Origin: Myxococcota bacterium
GTDB taxonomy: Bacteria > Myxococcota_A > SURF-8
Assembly: GCA_965140415.1 (NCBI GenBank)
Contig: OZ223209.1
Location: 4,992,001 to 5,056,000, forward strand
DNA length: 64,000 bases
Direction of reading: 5' to 3'
Below are positions 1 through 9,800 of the stretch, piece by piece. The notes under the pieces were generated by a model, which was given only the letters and a program-made list of their open reading frames with translations, was not told where the DNA came from and searched no databases. The position numbers and the translations under genes are program-made. Positions within the stretch are counted from its first letter, which is position 1; the number at the start of each line of letters is the position of its first letter.

Positions 1-1073
1 GCTTCGCTGGCCGTACGCAGAATCTGAAGGTCTTCTTGTTTCCATTGTTTTGAATAGCCGGTCGTATCGAAACCTAAAAACCCCCAGCGCTTATTCCTGA
101 GCCACAGCGGAATCGCCAGTACCGCCAGAATATTCTGAGAGAGCAGCAACTCGCGTTCGTAACAGGCTTCCTCCGGCAGACTCCGGGTATCTTCAATCAG
201 GACCATTCCCTTTTCGGAGATCTGTTTGTACCACCAATTGTCCTGCTTGACCTTCAAATCCTGCATGATGCCGGTTTTGACTTCGACACCTGGAGAGCAC
301 CATTGATACAGGCTGCTCATTCGCATACCGTCATCGTGAAGTCGTACCAGATGCGCCCGGCTTGCTTGAACGACTTTGCCGAGAATCTCCAGAATTTCGT
401 TCATATCGACATCACCGGAGCCTGCCAACAATGAAGAAACATTGGAAACGGCGTGTTCTATTTTCAGCCGATGATTCAAATCGTCGACCGCTTGTTTCCA
501 GTCGGTGATGTCACGCCCGTAACAATTGATGTGCTTCAGGTCGCTACCGTCTTCCAGGTAATGAAAACGCAGGGTAACGCGGGTGTAGTGAATTTTACCT
601 TTGGTGTCGATCAACCGCAGGTCCAGGTGTCCGTTTTCCTTATGTTGTGCCTTCAATTCGTCGATACTAACATCCGCCAGATTGCGATCTTCCGGTGCGA
701 TGAGTTCGAAGACACTGGTACCGATTAAATCCGTTTCCAACCTTCCCAGCATGGAACGGGAATTCGGGTTGATATAGAGAATTTCACCATTGCGCGTCAG
801 GTTGGCAAAGAGATCGCTGGTACCCTCGACGAGTTCCCGGTATTGCGCCTCGCGCTCGGTGAGTTTTTTCTCGGATACGTCAAGTTTTCGGAAATAGAAA
901 TGCAGAACAAGAAACAGCACGATAGCGCTTGCAAGAATAAAGAACCAGCCTTTGTAGGTCTGGGCTAGATGCAAACCGTCCAAGGTAGGGAAAAGAGAAT
1001 AGGCCAATTGATCCGAGAACAGAATCCACAATCCCCCTAAAACAATGTAAATAATCGCAATTCGAAAGGCCAT
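1..1073 (-). CDS. Membrane-anchored PAS + GAF sensor protein (probable histidine kinase or diguanylate cyclase); 3' end runs out of the window
   Basis: Manual translation from ATG at 1073 (not in the ORF track): MAFRIAIIYIVLGGLWILFSD...QTYKGWFFIL (two TM helices), a PAS segment (YRELVE...ILYINPN...GRDITDWK), then a GAF segment (LAIPLW...WGFLGFD). Open to base 1. Confidence 0.85.
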   Translation of the reverse strand, partial: MAFRIAIIYIVLGGLWILFSDQLAYSLFPTLDGLHLAQTYKGWFFILASAIVLFLVLHFYFRKLDVSEKKLTEREAQYRELVEGTSDLFANLTRNGEILYINPNSRSMLGRLETDLIGTSVFELIAPEDRNLADVSIDELKAQHKENGHLDLRLIDTKGKIHYTRVTLRFHYLEDGSDLKHINCYGRDITDWKQAVDDLNHRLKIEHAVSNVSSLLAGSGDVDMNEILEILGKVVQASRAHLVRLHDDGMRMSSLYQWCSPGVEVKTGIMQDLKVKQDNWWYKQISEKGMVLIEDTRSLPEEACYERELLLSQNILAVLAIPLWLRNKRWGFLGFDTTGYSKQWKQEDLQILRTASE

Positions 1074-1291
1074 AGAATACAACCCAGAGAAATAGTGCCT
1101 CCCGTCTTGAGGAGGCGTTTACAACTTATTCGCATCATACCTGATGCCTGACGTTTGTTGTAGTTCAATTTCCAAGTCGTGACAAGTGGTTTTCTTGTAA
1201 GGATGACAGACCGACTGGCATGTTGTGTGATTGAGCGGATATCCCAAGTAACCTGGCGAACAAACCCAATCGATCTTTTAGCCGAAGCTTG

Positions 1292-1320
1292 TTGACTCTG
1301 TAACAGCGACCCGCTATGAT
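1292..1320 (+). promoter_or_regulatory. Sigma70-type promoter for the leader/DCCP operon
   Basis: TTGACT (1292-1297), 17-nt spacer, TATGAT (1315-1320). Confidence 0.7.
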
Positions 1321-1361
1321 TCTCCCGGTGTCAATTCATATTTACCAAAGGAAGATGTGAA

Positions 1362-1466
1362 ATGAGCGATCGCATCATGGCATTAAGCCGCTCAAAAACC
1401 TGAACTGCGTTTCGGAAGCCCGTGGGGCTTCGACGCACACAAACTCGCCGGATTCTACCTGCCTGA
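1362..1466 (+). promoter_or_regulatory. Putative leader peptide (uORF) with an in-frame UGA at 1401 followed by a SECIS-like hairpin
   Basis: AAGGAAG upstream of ATG 1362. Reads MSDRIMALSRSKT-TGA-TAFRKPVGLRRTQTRRILPA-TGA(1464). Hairpin GAAGCCC-GTG-GGGCTTC at 1415-1431 begins 11 nt after the UGA. Confidence 0.5.
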
Positions 1467-1526
1467 TACATAACGACCTCCGGTCAGCAGGCGGGAGCAT
1501 CCGCCACTGCATGAAGGAGGACATTC

Positions 1527-2807
1527 ATGGCCACGGATTATCGACCAATGTGGACCGAACTGGGCTTGGACCTGGAAAAGCACGATGCACTGCTAAACGT
1601 ACTTGGGGATGCTTACCAAAGTCTTTTCATGACCCAGCAGAATCGTCCGGAATCGATGGGATATTTCGATTTCGTAATGAGTGAGGTACACGGATTACGC
1701 ATCCAGGAATTGATGGAAGCCAAGGCTGCCGGACGACTGGTGATCGGCTCGTTCTGCACCTTCGTGCCGGAAGAACTGATTCTGGCGGTGGATGGCGTTT
1801 CCGTCGGATTGTGTGCGGGTGCCGAGTTCGGCACGGAAGCAGCCGAGCGCTTTTTGCCACGCAACACCTGCGCACTGATTAAAAGCGCTTTCGGTTTCGT
1901 TCAGGAACGGGTTTGCCCTTACATCGCCGCCAGCGACTTGATCGTGGGAGAAAACACCTGCGACGGCAAGAAGAAATCCTACGAACAGTTCAAAGACATG
2001 GTGAAGGCTTTCTATGCGATGGATCTTCCGCAAACCAAGAGCGCGGCGGGCCGCACTTTGTTGCAGGCCGAATACGAACGCTTCGCCAAGGAACTGGAGC
2101 AGCGCTCGGGCAAGCAGATTACGACGGAAAGCCTGAAACGCGGAATCGAGATCGTCAACAACAAGCGTAAGGCCATGCATCGCTTGACCAAGCTGCGCCA
2201 GGCCAATCCGGCTCCGATTTCCGGTTTGGACGCCCTGCTGATCAATCAGGTGTTTTTCTATGACGATCCTCTGCGCTTTACCGATTCGGTCAACAAAGTT
2301 TGCGACGAATTAGAAGCACGCATCGAACAAAAACAAGGCGTAACCCCGGAAAACACACCGCGTCTGTTGGTATCCGGTTGCCCGATGGCGGTGCCGAACT
2401 GGAAGCTGCATTCGATCGTGCAGGAGGCCGGAGCGGTGGTAATCGGAGACGAATCCTGCGTAGGCGATCGAGGCACCCAGGTCTTGACCGATGATTCCGC
2501 CGATAGCGTGCAGGGACTGTTGGATGCCGTATGTGAACGCTATCTGAACATCGACTGCGCCATCTTCACACCCAATCCCACTCGGCTCGAACACGTGCAG
2601 CAATTGAATAAAGATGCCAAAGCGGACGGTGTTCTGCACTATTCGATACAGTTCTGCACGCCGTATCAGATGGAAGCGAACGTCTTTGAACCGGAGCTGG
2701 AAAATTCCGGTGTACCGACGTTGCGCATCGACACCGATTACAGCATGGAAGACGCCGAGCAGCTTCGCACACGCCTGGAAGCTTTCATCGAACGGATTAA
2801 AGGCTGA
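1527..2807 (+). CDS. Double-cubane-cluster-containing anaerobic reductase (DCCP-like; HgdB/2-hydroxyacyl-CoA dehydratase superfamily)
   Basis: N-terminus MW..LGLDLEKHD..L, plus FC.FVPEELI, LPRNTCALIKS, GENTCDGKKK, ESCVG, QFC.PY and QLRTRLEAF. Strong RBS GAAGGAGG. Followed by an activator ATPase. Confidence 0.85.
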   Translation: MATDYRPMWTELGLDLEKHDALLNVLGDAYQSLFMTQQNRPESMGYFDFVMSEVHGLRIQELMEAKAAGRLVIGSFCTFVPEELILAVDGVSVGLCAGAEFGTEAAERFLPRNTCALIKSAFGFVQERVCPYIAASDLIVGENTCDGKKKSYEQFKDMVKAFYAMDLPQTKSAAGRTLLQAEYERFAKELEQRSGKQITTESLKRGIEIVNNKRKAMHRLTKLRQANPAPISGLDALLINQVFFYDDPLRFTDSVNKVCDELEARIEQKQGVTPENTPRLLVSGCPMAVPNWKLHSIVQEAGAVVIGDESCVGDRGTQVLTDDSADSVQGLLDAVCERYLNIDCAIFTPNPTRLEHVQQLNKDAKADGVLHYSIQFCTPYQMEANVFEPELENSGVPTLRIDTDYSMEDAEQLRTRLEAFIERIKG

Positions 2808-2809
2808 AT

Positions 2810-3565
2810 ATGAAAACGGCTGGAATCGATATCGGTTCGCGAACCGTGAAACTGGTGGTACTGGAAGATGGCGAAGTGATACTGCAACGTGTGGAATACA
2901 ATTCGCACGATCCGATTGCCATCTGTCGCGCGATGCTGGAAGAAGTGCAAACCGACAACCTGGTGGCAACCGGCTATGGCCGTCACCTGTTCGAGCAGTA
3001 CTGGTCCTGCAAAACCATTACAGAAATCAAGGCTGTAGCTTTGGGTGCACAAGCTCTGCATCCGGAGTGCCGCCAGATTCTGGATATCGGCGGTCAGGAT
3101 ACAAAGGTCGTAGAACTGATGGAAAACGGCTCGGTCGGCAAGTTTGAAATGAACGACAAATGCGCTGCCGGCACCGGGCGTTTTCTGGAAGTGATGGCGA
3201 CCGCCCTGGGTTACAGCATGGAAGATTTCGTATCGCAGGCAAACGAGGCTGAAGAAGCCAAAAAAATCAACGCGATGTGTACGGTTTTCGCCGAAAGTGA
3301 AGTCATTTCCATGGTCGCCCGTGGAATCCCACGCGAGCAACTGGCGTTGGGACTGCATCAGGCTGTCTCCAAACGCTCCCTGGCGATGCTGAGGCGACTG
3401 CGAGGTCGACACGACGTGCTGTTCTGCGGCGGCGCAGCACACAACTCCTGTCTGCACCGTTTACTTCAATCCACTGCAAAACGAACGATCACCGTTCCCG
3501 AACATCCTCAAACGGTGGCGGCATTGGGATGCGCCAGAGCTGCCATGGAACCATCATCAGCCTGA
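2810..3565 (+). CDS. ATP-dependent [4Fe-4S] activator/reductase (acyl-CoA dehydratase activase, DCCP-R-like, ASKHA)
   Basis: GIDIGSRTVK, ATGYGR, LDIGGQDTK, MNDKCAAGTGRFLE and MCTVFAESEVIS motifs. Confidence 0.92.
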   Translation: MKTAGIDIGSRTVKLVVLEDGEVILQRVEYNSHDPIAICRAMLEEVQTDNLVATGYGRHLFEQYWSCKTITEIKAVALGAQALHPECRQILDIGGQDTKVVELMENGSVGKFEMNDKCAAGTGRFLEVMATALGYSMEDFVSQANEAEEAKKINAMCTVFAESEVISMVARGIPREQLALGLHQAVSKRSLAMLRRLRGRHDVLFCGGAAHNSCLHRLLQSTAKRTITVPEHPQTVAALGCARAAMEPSSA

Positions 3566-3598
3566 TCGAAACGAATCAAGCCTTACCATTTTTCCTTT

Positions 3599-3636
3599 CC
3601 GCCGGAGTCGAAAATGAATTCGATTCCGGCGGTTTC
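3599..3636 (+). terminator. Stem-loop after the DCCP operon (possible intrinsic terminator)
   Basis: CCGCCGGAGTCGAA...TTCGATTCCGGCGG followed by TTTC. Confidence 0.5.
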
Positions 3637-3688
3637 ATGTTGTATTGGCAAAAGGGCAAGTCTATTTTGAACCGATACAACTTGAGCA

Positions 3689-3716
3689 TTGCATTTTTCG
3701 GATCCCCTTATATAAT
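3689..3716 (+). promoter_or_regulatory. Sigma70-type promoter for the giant lipoprotein gene
   Basis: TTGCAT (3689-3694), 16-nt spacer, TATAAT (3711-3716). Confidence 0.5.
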
Positions 3717-3827
3717 GAGTCTGGGAAATATTTGTATTCAGCAAAACAAGGGAATTTCGGAAAAGGTCCGAAGTCTTTCGTCTGTTAGCTTACTAAGGGG
3801 TAAGTAGGATTGAGAAAGGGGTTGATT

Positions 3828-6800
3828 ATGCCATCGATTAGATATCTGCTGCTAGTGTGGATCATCGTTATGCTTTCCATATACGGGGTTGGATGCGGAG
3901 GCGATGACGATCCTCAAGAAGACGGAGACCTCTCCGAGGCTGAAAGCGATGCGACCCAGCCGGATGGAGACGACGATATGCCCGTCATTCCTCCCGATGG
4001 TGACACCGCAGACGGTGACACCGCAGACGGTGACACAGCAGATGGAGATACCGCTGACGGCGACCTGATCGATGGAGACAAAGTAGACGGAGACTGGATC
4101 GACGGCGATGGAACCGATGGGGACATGGTCGATGGCGATGGAAGCGACGGAGACTGGATCGACGGCGACTGGATTGACGGTGATGGCGAACAGTTTTGTA
4201 GCGGCTGCGAAGAATTCGCCGGAACCTATTGCGTAGCTGAAGCCACTGGGAGCAATTGCGATGCCTATCCGGTGGAAATGGTGAGTATCGAAGAAGACGA
4301 CGAAATCGAGTGCGGATACACGGTAACCGTCTTCATCACCGGCTACAGCCCTCAATCAGTCGATGTAGTCGGCTGTGATTTCCAGGACGAAAGCGTGCTT
4401 GGAGTGTGTTCGGTCAGCGTCGATCAGGGAGAGATCCTGGTGGATTGCTCCACCATTTGTTCCGCCGTACTGAATCAGGAAGCCTGCTTAACCGACGGCG
4501 ACGGTATCGACGGCGACTTTATTGACGGCGATGTCATCGACGGCGATGTAATTGATGGCGACGTGGTTGACGGCGATGTGATCGACGGCGACGTAATCGA
4601 TGGTGACATGATCGATGGCGATGTGATCGACGGCGACGTGATCGACGGCGATGTGATCGATGGCGATGTGATTGACGGCGATGTGATTGACGGCGACGTG
4701 ATTGATGGCGATATAATTGATGGCGATATAATTGAGTATCCCGCTCCTGCACCAGGCGACGTTATTTTCACGGAATTTCTGGCCAACACCACCGGCTCGG
4801 TTGCAGAGCAACTCGGCGAATGGATGGAAGTCGTCAACCTCACCAATGAAACCTTCGGGCTGGGCGGACTGAACCTTTGTGATGCCGTAGACGGGAATTG
4901 CGAAGTACTACCGGCGAATCTTGTGATCGGTCCGTATGAAGCTTTGATTTTTGCCGGTTCCGATGACTCCGGTGTAAATGGCGGATTGACAAATGTCGCT
5001 TATGACTTCGGATTCTCGCTAAACAACAGCGGCGACAAACTGCGCCTGATCGATGGTAGCCCGGCGGATGGTGTCTTGATCGATGAAGTGGATGCCTCCA
5101 CCTGGGATCAGATTGCCGGTGTTTCCTGGCAGCTTGACCCGGCGCATTTCGATGTTCTGGAAAACGACGATGCAAGTTATTGGTGCCTGGGATCCTTGCA
5201 ATACCTCGCAGACGGTCCTCACTACGGCACCCCCGGAACGATGAATGTCAGCTGTGAAATCGTCGATGGCGATGGTGTTGATGGCGACGTAATTGATGGC
5301 GACATGGTCGACGGTGATATCGTCGATGGTGATATCGTCGATGGTGATATCGTCGATGGCGATATGGTCGACGGCGACATGATCGATGGTGATATCGTCG
5401 ATGGTGATATTGTTGATGGCGACATGGTCGACGGTGATATTGTTGATGGCGACATCATTGATGGCGATGTCGTTGATGGTGACGTGGTCGACGGTGACAT
5501 GATCGACGGTGACATGATCGACGGAGATATGGTCGATGGTGATGTCATCGATGGCGATGTAGTGGATTGCTACGGCTACGGCGATTGCAATGCCGCCTGC
5601 ATCAATGCCGGATACGATTCCGGTGTGTGTGTAGACGCCATTCAAGGTTGTACCTGTAACTATGCAAGCTGCGAAGCTTATGTCTGTGGCACCTACTACG
5701 ACAACTGCTCCTGCGCGGCGGCGGACCCCTGCAACTGGCAGGGCGATGACTACTGTGATGATTTCTGCGCCCTGGTGTACCCGGACGATCACTTTGACGA
5801 CAGTGCCGACTGTTCGGTCGACGGTGATATTGTCGATGGTGATATGGTCGACGGCGACATCATTGATGGCGATGTCGTTGATGGTGACGTGGTGGACGGC
5901 GATGTTATTGATGGTGACATAATTGACGGTGACATAATTGACGGTGATGTCATCGATGGCGATGTGGTGGATTGCTACGGCTACGGCGATTGCAACGCCG
6001 CCTGCATCGATGCCGGATACGATTCCGGTGTGTGTGTAGACGCCATTCAAGGTTGTACCTGCAACTATGCAAGCTGCGAAGCTTATGTCTGTGGCACCTA
6101 CTACGACAACTGCTCCTGCGCGGCGGCGGACCCCTGCAACTGGCAGGGCGATGATTACTGTGACGATTTCTGCGCCCTGGTATACCCGGACGATCATTTT
6201 GACGACAGTGCCGACTGTTCGGTGGACGGCGATGTCATCGACGGTGACGTGGTGGATGGCGACATCGTAGACGGTGACATCATTGACGGCGATGTCGTGG
6301 ATGGCGATATCGTACCGCTGTCCGGTGAGAATTGCGGAAATGCCATTGCGATTACCGGTCTTCCTTACTCGGATACCGGTGAGATGGCGAACTACATGAA
6401 CGACGTCTTTTTCTCTACCAATGGTGAAAGCTGCACGGGCTACACCAACTATGGAAAAGATGTCCTCTACGCGGTGGAGTTGGAAGCCGGACAGATCCTG
6501 AATGCATCGCTGGATGCCAATTTCGATAGCGCCCTGTATCTCTTGAATAATTGCGTTAACGGCGAATTGCCTGCCGAAATGTGTGTGGAAGGTTCCGACA
6601 GCGGAAACCCGGAAACGCTTTCCGTGGAAATTCAAGACGCCGGCACCTACTACCTGGTGGTGGACTACTGGAACTCAAGCGGACCTTCTTCGGGAAGTTA
6701 CGAGTTGAGCGTCTGGACAGGCAGTGCAGACGGCGACGTCGTGGATGGTGACATCGGGCCGCTGTCCGGTGACAATTGCGGAAATGCAATCTCGATTACC

Positions 6801-9800
6801 GGTCTTCCTTACTCCGATACCGGCGAAATGGCAAACTACTTGAACGATGTCTTTTTCTCCTCCAACGATGAAAGCTGTACGGGTTACGTCAACAGCGGAA
6901 AAGATGTCATTTACGCGGTGGAACTGGAAGCCGGGCAGGCTCTGAATGCGTCACTTGATGCCGATTTCGACAGCGCCCTTTATCTGCTCAGCAACTGTTT
7001 GAACGGCGAATTAGCCTCTGAACTATGTGTTGAAGGTTCCGACAGCGGAAACCCGGAAACACTTTCCGTAGTCATTCAAAACGCTGGCACTTACTACCTC
7101 GTAGTGGATTACTGGAATTCCGGCGGACCATCTTCGGGAAGTTATGAACTGAGTGTTTGGTCGGGCAGCGTAGACGGCGACGTGATCGACGGTGACGTGA
7201 TCGACGGTGACGTGGTCGACGGTGACGTGATCGACGGTGACGTGGTCGACGGCGATGTGGTGGACGGCGATGTCGTTTCTCCTTTCTGTCCGGGCTACAC
7301 CGGAACGAGCGATTGCTGCCGCCTGGACAACTCCTGCGACTGGGCGGAAGACGGCTGGTGCGATTGCGGCGGAACTTGCCCCTGGGATGTCGTAGATTGC
7401 AGCGTCGATGGTGACATTATCGACGGCGATGTGGTCGATGGCGATATGGTCGATGGAGATGTCATCGACGGTGACATGGTTGACGGCGATGTGATCGATG
7501 GCGACATTATCGACGGTGATGTACATCCTGATGACAACTATGAAGACAATGATTCTTTCGAAGAAGCCGTAGAGGGACCGCTTAGTATCACCCCGCTCTT
7601 CCTGGCCGACAACGACGACGATTATTTCTACTACGATGTCTGTCCGGGTGGCACCATCACCACGGACGTGTACTTCCTCCACGAGGATCTGGATATCGAT
7701 ATTATTCTTAGGGATTCCAGTAGCTCTGCCATTGGGTATGGAACGAGCAGTGATGACAATGAACACATTACCTGGATAAACAGCGGCGCAGAAACAGAAC
7801 GGGTCGTTCTTCAAATTGGACGTGCGGAAAGCGGTTGGGCAGAGTACATCCTGATGGTTACTATTGAGGATTGCGATGTTGATGGTGATGTGATCGATGG
7901 GGATGTGGTCGACGGTGATATTGAACCTGCATTGAACTGGGTACGACTATACCCCGACACGGTTCCCACCGCACGCTTCGGTCATAACATGGCCTATAAT
8001 CCGGATACCGGCAACACGCTGATGGCCTTTGGGCAAGGTAGCTATACAACCATGTACGAATGGGATGGTAGCAACTGGAATTCCGTGGTTCCAGCTCATC
8101 GTCCTACCGCATATCGATTCAACAGCATGGTTTATCACGAAGGGCTTGGAAAAATGGTGCTGTTCGGCGGCAATACCTGCTGCCCGAACGTATCCTACGC
8201 TGAAACCTGGCTTTTCGATGGAACGGACTGGGAACAGCTGATTACGGCGACCACACCGCCGGAGCGGCAAAATGCCGTGATGGCGTATGATTCCATCCGC
8301 GATGTCATTGTGATGCATGGCGGTTCCAACTACGACGACACCACCATTGTTGAGCTGAACGACACCTGGGAATTCGATGGAACCGACTGGAACCAGGTTG
8401 TCACAGACACAACGGGGCCAACCACAAACAGTGCCGCCATGGCATTCGATCCCATACTTGAGAAAATGGTCCTGGTGGATGGCACGGACACTTGGTTATA
8501 CGATGGAACAGACTGGGAAATGATTTCCCCGGCAACGGTCATTGGCCACCGCAGTTCGCCCGTATTGGCTTTTGATACCTGGCGTGGTGTAACGGTGCTG
8601 TTCGGCGGCAATTCCAGCTACGGCACGTTTGAGTTCGATGGCACGGACTGGACAGAAATCACCACGGAAGATTCACCACCTCTGACGTTAAACAATGGCT
8701 TCATGGTGTTCGATCCCATTGCGGGTCACATGTTGTTGTTCGGTGGTTCAGGTTGCGACTCCGGCTACTGTAACGAAACCTGGATCTACGGACCGGAAAG
8801 CATTGTAGACGGAGATGTCGTTGATGGTGATATTGTCGATGGAGACATTGTAGACGGCGACATCGTGGATGGTGATATTGTCGATGGAGACATTGTAGAC
8901 GGCGACGTGGTCGATGGTGACGTGATTGACGGCGACATTGTGGATGGCGACATGGTGGACGGTGATGTGGTAGATGGCGACGTGGTGGATGGCGATATTG
9001 TAGACGGTGATGTGGACAACAGTTGCATCGATGATTTGTATGAACCGAACGACAACGATGCGGAAGCAACGAGTGGCAACTGGTACGACTGGTCGGATCT
9101 GGTCATTTGCGGCGAGAACGAAGACTGGTTCGAGGTGTACATCGATCATTCCCATTACACCAATCATTATGCAGGCGATTCCACGATCGTCTACCTGTAC
9201 AATTCCAGCTTGACCCTGCTCGGCTCAACCGCTGACGATCCAGGCAGTTTCTTGAATGTTCAAGATTGCTTGCCTGCTGGAAACTACCTGTTGAAAGTAG
9301 TTTCAGCCACAGGAAGTGACGTTTCTAACTACTCTGTGTACATCGGAACATCTTCCTGCACGATTGACGGCGACATTGTAGATGGTGATGTGGTAGACGG
9401 AGATATCGTAGACGGTGATATCGTTGACGGAGACGTAGTGGATGGAGATGTCGTGGATTGCAGCGGATCTTGTAATCTCGGCGAATCCGACTTCTGTTCC
9501 GATGCAGACACCATCTGCACCTGCGAATTCAGCAAAGCTGTTTCAGGCTCCTGGACTGCATACAATTGCAATGACATCTGTGAATTTGGGGCACTGGGAT
9601 GCGGGTTTGATCCGGACACAGGAGCCTATTGCATGTGCAATGAACCCGATGGAGATGTGGTCGACGGCGACATCGTAGACGGCGACATTGTAGACGGTGA
9701 CATCGTGGATGGTGACATTGTGGATGGTGACATTGTTGATGGTGATGTCGTGGATGGAGATATTGTAGACGGCGATGCAGGACCTTGCCCAGAATGTGCG

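Noticed and set aside
1327-1526. Known riboswitch (SAM, TPP, cobalamin, Moco) in the DCCP leader
   Set aside because: I could not find the conserved cores by eye; an Rfam/Infernal scan is still needed to exclude one formally.
1362-2807. uORF is in frame with DCCP (three TGAs at 1401, 1464, 1512), suggesting a multi-Sec N-terminal extension
   Set aside because: Only the first TGA has a SECIS-like hairpin. DCCP has its own strong SD and a family-typical N-terminus at 1527, and the frame match has a 1-in-3 chance.
4492-9780. Periodic repeats as a possible CRISPR array
   Set aside because: Contiguous 15-bp coding units with synonymous variation, no unique spacers and no cas genes.
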